Below, in pieces: positions 1 through 8,393 of a stretch of 44,923 nt of DNA (position 1 is its first letter; each line of letters opens with the position of its first letter). The stretch is from Minisyncoccia bacterium (GTDB lineage Bacteria; Patescibacteriota; Minisyncoccia; Phycocordibacterales; Phycocordibacteraceae), in NCBI GenBank assembly GCA_038228545.1, contig JBBRPE010000001.1:1-44923 (forward strand), written 5' to 3'. The notes beneath the pieces were generated by a model, which was given only the letters and a program-made list of their open reading frames with translations, ran no database searches and was not told where the DNA came from. Position numbers and translations under genes: made by a program.

Positions 1-59
1 ATCCTAAATTTGTTTTGCGCGGGATTTTTTTTGAATTGAATGGGCGATGGGATTCGGGC
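1..59. repeat. Left copy of a perfect 59-bp inverted repeat (truncated by window edge)
   Basis: 1-59 is the exact reverse complement of 4547-4605. Confidence 0.95.
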
Positions 60-152
60 GGGTTTCTCCTTTGAAGGGAGAAACTGACGGAATTCTTAGT
101 GCAAATTCAAAATGCAATGTGTTGCCTCTTACATTCTATCATTTTGCGTCTG

Positions 153-551
153 ACTACGGAGTCCATCCTCGGCATCCGCCTCGGACATTTCCGCTAGGGC
201 TACTCGCGCCTAGATGTCTAGGTTTCCTGCTTATCCTCGCCATTTCCGCTCTGCGGAGCGGTGGCGAGGGCAGGAGACTGTTTGGGGGAAGGAAGGAATC
301 CTTCCCCCAGCTTCGCCTCGTCTCGGCAGGGCTCGACCAACCGGCTCAGCCAACCCCCAACCTCGTTTTCATATCCGAGTATTTCTCAAGATTATTTACT
401 TTTTCTTGCTTATTACGGCGGCGCTCATCCGTGAGTCAGGACGCCCTAGCGGAAATGTCCGAGGCTCAAATGCAAATGCGCTTGCCCCACCCACCGTGCG
501 CGCGCAAGCCCGCTCGCGAAGGAGGAGAGGATGCGAGCGGGACTCCCTAGT
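153..551. repeat. GC-rich nested fold-back element (~400 nt)
   Basis: 178-200 and 443-465 are perfect 23-bp reverse complements; 153-164 and 540-551 pair with 1 mismatch; several internal hairpins. Confidence 0.7.
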
Positions 552-933
552 ACATACTCTAGAAAAGATATTTTATATTTGGAATCAAGTCGTTGTATCT
601 ATTAATTATAAGGTTCACTCAAATATTCTGATTATCCAATACAGATTATATCCTTATTTATATTAGTATAATAGCATAAATTAAAATAATATCTTATTGA
701 CTAAGAACTTAATAACAGATAGTAGTAATAATCGTGTACTAAATATAAAATATCTTTTCTAGAAATTATTTCAAGTAAATTACTATTCTTGGCTATATTA
801 CCACCTAAAGTGGATCAAAATTCTGCTTTAATTTACTAACTCAAAAAATCTATCATCTTGACAGATTTACCCTGAAGTTCTGTAACTTATTTAGTTCTTG
901 CAAAATAACGGAGTATCTGATATGATTCCTTTT

Positions 934-1332
934 ATGAAAACTAAAGACGAAAAAGACCCGTTAGCCGTGCTCATTGGGAGTGGTAAGGAAAATGAACGAC
1001 AAAAATTGGCTGAGCTTTTAGCTCCTTTCGTCATTATCGATGAAGATTCAAAAGAGTTTTACTTTAAGGATGCCTTCACGCAGACAGATAATAACGCCTT
1101 AAAAATCGAACTTCTTCTCGCTGCGGCCAGAGCACGCTCTCTTTATTTTAATGAACAGGACGGATTAACCGCTCAAGAGATAATTATACTCTCAATAATG
1201 CCGGAAGGTAGTGTTAAGACAACTTTACGGAAACTCTTCTCAATCGAGCATAAAATTAAACAGAGCGGAAAGAGATATCTCCTCCCTTCTTATCGAATAC
1301 AAGAAATTATTAAAAATTTAACTGAAAAATAA
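934..1332 (+). CDS. Hypothetical protein, C-terminal winged-helix-like domain
   Basis: ORF 898..1332; ATG 934 preferred (TATGAT 7 nt upstream); GLTAQEII...SVKTTLRKL...KRYLL has a wHTH pattern. Confidence 0.7.
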   Translation: MKTKDEKDPLAVLIGSGKENERQKLAELLAPFVIIDEDSKEFYFKDAFTQTDNNALKIELLLAAARARSLYFNEQDGLTAQEIIILSIMPEGSVKTTLRKLFSIEHKIKQSGKRYLLPSYRIQEIIKNLTEK

Positions 1333-1333
1333 A

Positions 1334-1744
1334 ATGACACAAGACAATACAAAAGAAAAAATCGTAGAGCTTGAGACACGAATTAAAAAACTCGAGGATA
1401 CTCTGTTCTCCGCCGATGGTGTGAAAACTCCCGCAGGTGGAAAGAAAATATCTGCAAATGAATTTTTGAGAACTAAGGAAATCGAGACTGTCACACAAAA
1501 AGTTCTGGTACTGGGTTATTACCTTGAAAAAAAAGAAGGCATGTCCTCCTTTAATGTAACAGATATTGAGGCCATATTTAGATCAGCTAAGGAGAAGCTC
1601 CCAGCAAATATAAACGATTTGGTTAATAGTAATGTGAAGAGAGCTTTTATGGATGAAGCGAAGGAAAAAAGGGACGGCAAAAAAGCTTGGTATCTTACTT
1701 CAACCGGCGAAAACTATGTTGAGCAAGAGCTTAAAAGAAATTAA
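1334..1744 (+). CDS. Hypothetical protein, N-terminal coiled coil plus winged-helix-like domain
   Basis: 136 aa; KIVELETRIKKLED coiled coil; FNVTDIEAIF...AWYLTSTGENYVE is a typical wHTH wing; 1 nt after previous stop. Confidence 0.75.
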   Translation: MTQDNTKEKIVELETRIKKLEDTLFSADGVKTPAGGKKISANEFLRTKEIETVTQKVLVLGYYLEKKEGMSSFNVTDIEAIFRSAKEKLPANINDLVNSNVKRAFMDEAKEKRDGKKAWYLTSTGENYVEQELKRN

Positions 1745-1749
1745 ACAAC

Positions 1750-1965
1750 ATGAAAGCCAAAACACAAAAAACAAGTCTGGCGGAAACTTTGATGAAGGTA
1801 ATGAACTCAAGCCCGAGAATAGCCGAAGAGATAGGGAAAGATCTCAAAGATAATTTTGGATATCGTGTGCAGTTACAGGATATAAGGGTTAATCTACTTT
1901 ATCTGCTGAGACGCGAGAAAATAAAACGAAAGAAGGATGGTGGTAAGTATAAATATTTTATCTAG
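1750..1965 (+). CDS. Small winged-helix-like protein
   Basis: 71 aa; RIAEEIGKDL...DIRVNLLYLLRREKIKR..GKYKY; 5-nt spacing within operon. Confidence 0.7.
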   Translation: MKAKTQKTSLAETLMKVMNSSPRIAEEIGKDLKDNFGYRVQLQDIRVNLLYLLRREKIKRKKDGGKYKYFI

Positions 1966-1971
1966 AAATCT

Positions 1972-2640
1972 ATGACCCCATCAGTTCCAAAGCCAATAAA
2001 CGCATTCGTTTGCACAGAATTACTTTGGAATAAAGGGTTCTTTAAAGATGGGCGTACTCTGAATGAGGTTTCTGGCGAAATAACGAGTCAATTTGAAAAT
2101 AATTTTGGTTCTGTCGAAGTCAGTAAGGCTTTAGGGAAGGCTTCATTTTTAAGATGCACTGGGAAACGAGGCTCTTTTAGGTATATTCAGAGAACCAGTC
2201 CCGTTAACAAACAAATCCAGACTGTGGAGGAAAATTTATTTTCTGAAGAACTTCTGAAAAAATTAGGAAAGTCTTTTGAAACCGAAATTAACGACCTTCG
2301 ATGGAATTTCAATCATAGTGGAACTTGTACCGCTTTTTTGTTACGAAAAATTTTAGAAAAGCTAATTTTCAAAACTTTTGCAAAAAATAGCATGTCGCAA
2401 AAATTAAAAGACCCAAGAGGAAGAGAAGTCGGTCTTGAAACAATGGTAAATATTGCCTGCTCGGAAAAAATTGCCGGCGTACCATTTCTTATTCCTAAAA
2501 CAGGAGAGAAAATCAAGGGAATTAAATTTTTAGGAGATGTTTCGGCTCATAACCCGCTAACTAATGTTGATATGGAAACGATAATACCCCAGATGCCATA
2601 TATCATTACTGCATATAAAGAATTGGCTGAAAAGTTATAA
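1972..2640 (+). CDS. wHTH-like N-terminus plus DUF4145/HEPN-like C-terminal domain
   Basis: 222 aa; AFLLRKILEKLI and KFLGDVSAHN resemble the DUF4145/HEPN helix and R-x-x-G-N-x-x-A-H motifs. Confidence 0.65.
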   Translation: MTPSVPKPINAFVCTELLWNKGFFKDGRTLNEVSGEITSQFENNFGSVEVSKALGKASFLRCTGKRGSFRYIQRTSPVNKQIQTVEENLFSEELLKKLGKSFETEINDLRWNFNHSGTCTAFLLRKILEKLIFKTFAKNSMSQKLKDPRGREVGLETMVNIACSEKIAGVPFLIPKTGEKIKGIKFLGDVSAHNPLTNVDMETIIPQMPYIITAYKELAEKL

Positions 2641-2652
2641 TAGGAGCTACTG

Positions 2653-3408
2653 TTATTTTTTTGATACATAATCAATAATTTTTTCCCAATCAAGATTGTC
2701 TTTAGTATAGAAAAGATCAATGACATCCTTTGTCATTTCGTTTATTTTCTTTACATACAGTTCCTTAAAAGTGTCATCTCGTTTTTTTGCTTCCTTATCG
2801 AGTGGTTGAATGATTTTCTTATACAACTGATCGTCTCCAGAGATAAGTTCCCAAAAAGATTGCCCACAAATTTTATAGTAGCTAAGATCAGGGTCTTTGT
2901 TTACTTTATGCGGAACATTGTCTCGTCCGTAAATACAGCCATTAACGGAAACTATATTCTTCTTTAGCCCTGCGCGAAGAAACTTCTTTGCGATTTTTAA
3001 ATTTCTTTTCATTGTGTTTACCTGATCAGAATTGCCCCAGTTTGGCCCGGACTTAATGCCGACAATATAGGTTTTGTTATCACGTTCGAATATCAGATCG
3101 ACACTACGATACTTTCCTTCCTCTGCTTTCTCGCCTTTAAATACATCATGGCAAACATGTATAGCAAGATTTTCCATAAGATCGCCGAAAATTGTTTCTT
3201 CTTGCGAAGACAAAAAGGCATCAAGAATACTTTTTGCTAAATCTCCGGCAGTTTCAATATTTTTTGCTTTGAACAGATATGGATTTTTTCGTTTTGAGAT
3301 ATAGGAAAGTTTTGCGGATTCAAGCCGGGCAAGCCGTATTTCATAGAACGGCTTGATGACATCGGAGGCGATAAACGCATTCAGTTTTTCATAGTTTAGT
3401 TTTTTCAT
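2653..3408 (-). CDS. Type II restriction endonuclease (PmeII/EcoO109I-like, PD-(D/E)xK)
   Basis: KRKNPYLF, SSQEETIFG, VDLIFE..IVGIKSGPNWGNS motifs; directly downstream of a DNA methyltransferase. Confidence 0.8.
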   Translation of the reverse strand: MKKLNYEKLNAFIASDVIKPFYEIRLARLESAKLSYISKRKNPYLFKAKNIETAGDLAKSILDAFLSSQEETIFGDLMENLAIHVCHDVFKGEKAEEGKYRSVDLIFERDNKTYIVGIKSGPNWGNSDQVNTMKRNLKIAKKFLRAGLKKNIVSVNGCIYGRDNVPHKVNKDPDLSYYKICGQSFWELISGDDQLYKKIIQPLDKEAKKRDDTFKELYVKKINEMTKDVIDLFYTKDNLDWEKIIDYVSKK

Positions 3409-3409
3409 G

Positions 3410-4276
3410 TTATTTCGTTTGCTCGTTAATGTTCTCGACAGCTAGTTTATGATATTCCTCCTGTATTTCAATTCCTATAGAATTGCGGTCAAGTTGAAAT
3501 GCGGCAATTGAGGTCGTGCCAGAACCCAAAAATGGATCGAGGACGACATCTCCATGCTTGGTAAAGAGCTTTATAAACCAACTTGGTAATTCTTTTGGAA
3601 AAACTGCACTGTGTTTTTTGTTAGAACTTTCCGTTGCCATTGAAAGCACATTTGTAGGATAAGCTAATTCGCGACCTACCCAATTAGATACGTTCTTTCC
3701 AAAACCACTGCCAACTTTTGAATTGTCTCTTTTCTTGTCGGTCTCGCTAAGATTTTTTAGACGGGTTTTTGCCCAATCGCCCATAGGAACTCTTACCTCA
3801 TCTTGGTACATATTAAAATCCTTTGCTTTGTTAAATTGCAAAAGTCGCTCCCACGAATCGCGAAATCGGTTAGGCCACTTGCCTGGGAAGCAATTTTTTT
3901 TGTGCCAGATAAATTCTTCTGTCCAAAGCCAGCCCTGTTTTCTCATTGCAATAATTAACTCCATGACATAAGTATGACGCTCGCCGTCCGCAACTTTCTC
4001 TTTAATATTTAAAATAAATGTTCCTTTTGGATGTAGAACACGCAATAACTCTGCCGTCATTGGCAAAAACCACTCAACATATTTGTCCGGACTAATTCCA
4101 CCGTAAGTGCTTTTCCTTTGGTCTGCGTAAGGTGGTGATGTGACAATTAGATCAATGGAATTGTCCGGCAAATTTTTCAACACATCAAGACAATCACCAA
4201 GAATAACATCGGCCTTTACTTTGGCTTTTGTCTTCGCATTGAACAAATCAATTTTTTCTATAGTTTCGATTGTCAT
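3410..4276 (-). CDS. Site-specific DNA methyltransferase, beta class, probably N4-cytosine
   Basis: Catalytic TSPPY near N-terminus; HSAVFP and SAM-binding VLDPFLGSGTT near C-terminus. Confidence 0.93.
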   Translation of the reverse strand: MTIETIEKIDLFNAKTKAKVKADVILGDCLDVLKNLPDNSIDLIVTSPPYADQRKSTYGGISPDKYVEWFLPMTAELLRVLHPKGTFILNIKEKVADGERHTYVMELIIAMRKQGWLWTEEFIWHKKNCFPGKWPNRFRDSWERLLQFNKAKDFNMYQDEVRVPMGDWAKTRLKNLSETDKKRDNSKVGSGFGKNVSNWVGRELAYPTNVLSMATESSNKKHSAVFPKELPSWFIKLFTKHGDVVLDPFLGSGTTSIAAFQLDRNSIGIEIQEEYHKLAVENINEQTK

Positions 4277-4280
4277 AAAA

Positions 4281-4487
4281 TTATTTCAGTAATTCATCTG
4301 TTGAAACACTAAGTGCTTTTGCAATATTGGAAATGGTCGAAAGTGTTGGGTTTGTCTTTCCATTTTCAATATTACTCACAAAGCTTCGACTAAAGCCCAA
4401 TGATCGAACAATATCACCCTGCGTGATACCTTTTTCAGTTCTAATGCGTTTTAGGTTCTTGCCTAATTTTGCGGATTCGCTTTTCAT
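4281..4487 (-). CDS. XRE-family HTH regulator, probable R-M controller (C) protein
   Basis: 68 aa from ATG 4487; LGKNLKRIRTEKGITQ...SNIENGKTNPTL HTH_3 pattern; first gene of the C-M-R operon. Confidence 0.88.
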   Translation of the reverse strand: MKSESAKLGKNLKRIRTEKGITQGDIVRSLGFSRSFVSNIENGKTNPTLSTISNIAKALSVSTDELLK

Positions 4488-4509
4488 AATCCACAGTATA
4501 GCATTATTG

Positions 4510-4545
4510 ATTACATTATACACCAATATTATAGTATAATGTAAT
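4510..4545. promoter_or_regulatory. Palindromic operator (C-box-like) upstream of the controller gene
   Basis: ATTACATTATAC-N12-GTATAATGTAAT perfect 12-bp inverted repeat just upstream of TATACT and ATG 4487. Confidence 0.65.
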
Positions 4546-4546
4546 A

Positions 4547-4605
4547 GCCCGAATCCCATCGCCCATTCAATTCAAAAAAAATCCCGCGCAAAACAAATTT
4601 AGGAT
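4547..4605. repeat. Right copy of the 59-bp inverted repeat
   Basis: Exact reverse complement of 1-59; also pairs locally with 4611-4628. Confidence 0.95.
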
Positions 4606-4836
4606 GGGAAGCGATGGGGATGAGGGCGGACACAGAACAGCAGAAGCGGAGAGACACTGTATCCAGTGTCTCGGAGTGGATGCTGGGCTGTGACGGAATT
4701 CGTCGTGGAGCGTACGATTTAATTTAGAGCCACCACGCACACGGGGCGTGCCACATTAGCTCTCGAAAAAAGTTCGTGCAAAGGTTACAATTAGATCACC
4801 AATGCAAACCGCCAGAAGGCGGCTTTTGCATTGGTG

Positions 4837-4971
4837 ACCCAACGCAGGCTGTGGGACATCCTGCGTTGGGGAATCGAAGATGCTACGAGCGTTTTGTGAG
4901 TCTGCGAGCAAAACCCGTAGCGTGTACAGCTCCTGTAAGGAGCGATAGCGTACTCGCGTTCCCCGTTGGGT
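4837..4971. repeat. Fold-back repeat element, copy E
   Basis: Shares GGxATCGAAGA...GCxTTTTG...CAAAA...hairpin(YGTAR loop) core with copies at 28266, 29514, 30353 and 32537; outer stem ACCCAACG/CGTTGGGT. Confidence 0.8.
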
Positions 4972-5019
4972 TCGATGCATTGAGTGGAGCGAAGCGGAAC
5001 TTTCCCATCAATTCGTCAC

Positions 5020-6306
5020 CTACCTCCTCTTCCACTCTTTATCCTGTCGCACCAAAAGCGATGTATCTGCAGGATTTGCAAGTAATGCCTCGACGATTCT
5101 TTCCATACGCATGGATTGAGAACCTTTAATAAGTAGTGTGTCTCGTGGCTGTAGCATGTCCTTGAGCGCCCGTGCTGCGTCTATAGCGTTGTCAAACGCG
5201 TGTATACAGTCTTCCTGCATACCAGCTGCAAGCGCGGCCGGCATCATTGCCCGTGAGCGAATTCCAACCGCAATCAGTATGTCCGCATCTTTCGCCGCGA
5301 GAGCTCCGATACGCTCATGCTCTTCGAGAGAATAGCGACCGAGTTCAAGCATGTCACCCAGTACGGCAATGTGCCGAGTGTTCTTCGGTAAAAGCGTGAG
5401 AGTTTCAAGTGCCTCCTCCATCGCAGCCGGTGATGCGTTATAGGTGTCATCGATAATAAGTGAGTTATGTAACCCCCTGATTATACGAGCACGTCCTGGT
5501 GGTGGCAGATACTGCTCGAGGCCTGCAAGTGCATCCTTAGGAGCTATACCAAGCGCGTAGGTGAGCGCGAACGCAGCGGCAGGTGCTAGGACTTGCGGTC
5601 TTCCTAAAGCACCCTTGGCATGTAAGACAAACGACCTACCGTCTACGGTCGCTGTAGTTTTCATACCGACTGGTACACCTTCTTCAAGCACTACTTCTGG
5701 TTGCGTTATATGAATAGCGGCTTCTGGAGAGAAGCCGAAAAGAGTTATGTTTGCTTGTGTGTTCTTAGCCATTCCGACTGCATACGTATCAAGTGAGGAA
5801 AGAATGAGTGGGGCTCCGGTAGATAGTGCATAGGCTGGAGCAAATTCTTCCTCGCGTACGGCGGCGGGAGTAGTGTACGCCTCCACATGCACTGGCACTT
5901 CCGGAAGACGCGTCACAATGACCGCATCAGGCGCCACGATGCGCAAAATACGTGCGAGGTCTCCCGGTCTATCTGCACCCACCTCAAGCACCAGCGTCTT
6001 CGGATAGTGATTCGGAAGAAAGATAAGAGCGAGTGCCTCACCAAACACCTGAAGCCAGGCAAACATGCTTGTCCATGGATTCTTTGCGCCAATAATTGTC
6101 AGCGGTACGCCGAATTCGCTGTTGTAGCTTTTTTCGCTTGCCCGCACAAAGGTTGTCTTCGAAAGCGCTGCATACGTAGCGTCTTTTGTTGATGTCTTGC
6201 CCACGCTACCGGTAATCATTATGACCTGCGGTTTGTACTTACGAAGTATCATCCGCGCGCACATAGCGAGGAGTAGGGCGATCGGAATGCGGAATACTTG
6301 TTTCAT
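5020..6306 (-). CDS. murF: UDP-N-acetylmuramoyl-tripeptide--D-alanyl-D-alanine ligase
   Basis: ITGSVGKTSTKD, SYNSEFGVP, DDTYNASP, LGDMLELG, LIKGSQ motifs. Confidence 0.93.
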   Translation of the reverse strand: MKQVFRIPIALLLAMCARMILRKYKPQVIMITGSVGKTSTKDATYAALSKTTFVRASEKSYNSEFGVPLTIIGAKNPWTSMFAWLQVFGEALALIFLPNHYPKTLVLEVGADRPGDLARILRIVAPDAVIVTRLPEVPVHVEAYTTPAAVREEEFAPAYALSTGAPLILSSLDTYAVGMAKNTQANITLFGFSPEAAIHITQPEVVLEEGVPVGMKTTATVDGRSFVLHAKGALGRPQVLAPAAAFALTYALGIAPKDALAGLEQYLPPPGRARIIRGLHNSLIIDDTYNASPAAMEEALETLTLLPKNTRHIAVLGDMLELGRYSLEEHERIGALAAKDADILIAVGIRSRAMMPAALAAGMQEDCIHAFDNAIDAARALKDMLQPRDTLLIKGSQSMRMERIVEALLANPADTSLLVRQDKEWKRR

Positions 6307-6307
6307 A

Positions 6308-8041
6308 CTAGTAGGCAGGGAATCCCTTTCTATCGGGAGGAACAGTGTAATAGTTTATCAAGAAATGGGTCAGCTCAAAAAATGGTGCAGTCAGGGTCTC
6401 AGATGCGTACTGTACACCCTTTGGCTCCTTCGTGTAGAGCAAGATAATGTATTTCGGGTCAGATGCCGGAAAGTAGCCGAAGAACGAGTGGAAATACAGC
6501 CCAGGAGCATACTTCCCTCCCGGACCTGCAATCTGCGCCGTACCAGTCTTTGCCGCAATGCTCATAGTCGGTATGGCAGCTTTACCGTTTGCAAGCTTTG
6601 TATCAACCACTTTAATAAGCATAGTGCTTGTTTGCGTGACTGCAGTTGGAGAATACACCTGCTCAGGTTTACCCCACGTAAGTGACTTCGTTACTCCATT
6701 TTGAAGTCGAATGGCACTCACTAAATGAGGCGTCACGACGGAACCCGCATCAGCAAGTGCACCGAGGGCCTTAATCATCTGCACCGGTGTTTCAGCTATA
6801 CCTTGTCCAAAGGAAGCGGTGTCGTACTCAATATCACGCGGGCTTGTTTTAATATTTTGAATATTACCCGCAACCTCGCTCGGTAAATCGATGCCGGTCT
6901 CCGTTCCAAAACCAAGATGTTCAAAATAAGAACGGAAGCGTTCATGCCCAAGGCGTGTTGCAAGATACGCTGCACCGACGTTAAGTGACTGCGACAAAAT
7001 CTCCTGCATAGGAGTGTTCGGGCCACGTGCTTTCAAGTCATAGTTACAAAATGTCTGCTTATTCACCGTGACACAACCCGTGTCGTTATAGGTTGATGTC
7101 GGGGTAATGACGCCTGCATCAAGCGCAGCTGTCATAGTAAGCGGCTTCATGATGGAACCAAATTCGTACTGGTGCTCCACAAGAGGATTACCGAAGTGCG
7201 CCGGATCGCCGTGAGCGAAATCATTCAGGTCAAATGACGGATACGAATCAAGTGCAATAATTTCACCTGTCTTTGGGTCCATAATAATGGCGCCTGTTTC
7301 AGCACTGGAGTAGCGAGCATTTGTTGCCGCAATCACCTGGTCAAGTTTCTCCTGTACGACTGGGTCTATCGTGGTAATGAGGTCGCCCTGGCGTGAAGCG
7401 CGCGCATTAACGACCACGTTATCAAGATTGGCAAACAGCTCAGCAAAGAAGTTACCAAAAAGGCCAACGGAATCACGATCAAGCACGTCGTTGTAGTAGC
7501 GCTCAAGTCCAAAACGTCCAGCGAGCGAGTTGTCATTATCAAACGCAACAAACCCAATGGATTGGGCAGCCTCAGTACCTGCCGGATACGTGCGCCATCG
7601 CTCGCGCGTTACGGTCACACCAGGTAGCTTCGCGGTACTGATGGCTGCACCAGCGTTCTCCGGTACACGGTGCGCGAGTACTTCATAGGGGTCAGTTGTT
7701 TTAGCTACGGATGTGGTAAAGGTACTTTGTTCAATCGGTGTAATCGCGTTGAGCGTACTGTAGGTCCCCGTTGCATTCTTTATCTGAGATGGATTTATAG
7801 AAACAGTGAATCCCGTACCAAGAGTTGCAGCTGAAAGAACCGTTTTGTCTTTACGAGTAAAGTAGATGCTTCCGCGGTCATATAACTCCTGGCTCGAACT
7901 TATGTATTGGCGATCAGCACGCAATGAGAAATCTCGACCGTGTACTATCTGAACAAAATACAGACGCACAAAAAGCAGTAGCGAAATGGCGAGAAGGATT
8001 CCCGAAAGAATACGAAGCCTGAGCCTGACCTCGCGTCGCAT
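6308..8041 (-). CDS. ftsI: Class B penicillin-binding protein (division transpeptidase)
   Basis: N-terminal TM; SIMK, SLN and KTG motifs; position after mraZ-rsmH-ftsL. Confidence 0.88.
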   Translation of the reverse strand: MRREVRLRLRILSGILLAISLLLFVRLYFVQIVHGRDFSLRADRQYISSSQELYDRGSIYFTRKDKTVLSAATLGTGFTVSINPSQIKNATGTYSTLNAITPIEQSTFTTSVAKTTDPYEVLAHRVPENAGAAISTAKLPGVTVTRERWRTYPAGTEAAQSIGFVAFDNDNSLAGRFGLERYYNDVLDRDSVGLFGNFFAELFANLDNVVVNARASRQGDLITTIDPVVQEKLDQVIAATNARYSSAETGAIIMDPKTGEIIALDSYPSFDLNDFAHGDPAHFGNPLVEHQYEFGSIMKPLTMTAALDAGVITPTSTYNDTGCVTVNKQTFCNYDLKARGPNTPMQEILSQSLNVGAAYLATRLGHERFRSYFEHLGFGTETGIDLPSEVAGNIQNIKTSPRDIEYDTASFGQGIAETPVQMIKALGALADAGSVVTPHLVSAIRLQNGVTKSLTWGKPEQVYSPTAVTQTSTMLIKVVDTKLANGKAAIPTMSIAAKTGTAQIAGPGGKYAPGLYFHSFFGYFPASDPKYIILLYTKEPKGVQYASETLTAPFFELTHFLINYYTVPPDRKGFPAY

Positions 8042-8048
8042 AGTCTAG

Positions 8049-8393
8049 CTAGCGACCAACGAACGAAAGTCCTTGCGCGGGTTTCGCGACAGCATATTCC
8101 ACATCAACCGGTGCCACGAGTCCTGCGCTTGCCGGACTACTGGCATTGTCTTTTGTAATGGAAGCGTAGTAGGTCGTCTCAAGTTGAGCGATAGAACCTT
8201 CTGTTGAGCGGACCGATGAAGCAAGTGAAGTCTGCACTGTTGCAAACGTGATGGTGACGATAACAAGCACGATGTAGAGCGCGAAGATGGCGGCGGCAGT
8301 AAACGAGAGTACGGTAATCGTTCTATCCGGCATGTCTGGCAGCGCCAGCACCCTTCCCTTACCACTGCGTACTTTTTTGGTGATGTTAGACAT
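8049..8393 (-). CDS. FtsL-like bitopic membrane protein
   Basis: 114 aa from ATG 8393; one TM then a coiled coil; canonical position between rsmH and ftsI. Confidence 0.6.
   Translation of the reverse strand: MSNITKKVRSGKGRVLALPDMPDRTITVLSFTAAAIFALYIVLVIVTITFATVQTSLASSVRSTEGSIAQLETTYYASITKDNASSPASAGLVAPVDVEYAVAKPAQGLSFVGR

Larger units (their letters stand above)
552..4546. mobile_element. AT-rich horizontally acquired defence island
   Basis: Visibly lower GC than the flanking housekeeping genes; carries an R-M system and orphan operon; bracketed by the 59-bp inverted repeat. Confidence 0.7.

Noticed and set aside
47-666. ORFs 47..550 and 214..666
   Set aside because: They overlap a GC-rich fold-back repeat, have no protein-like motifs and overlap each other.
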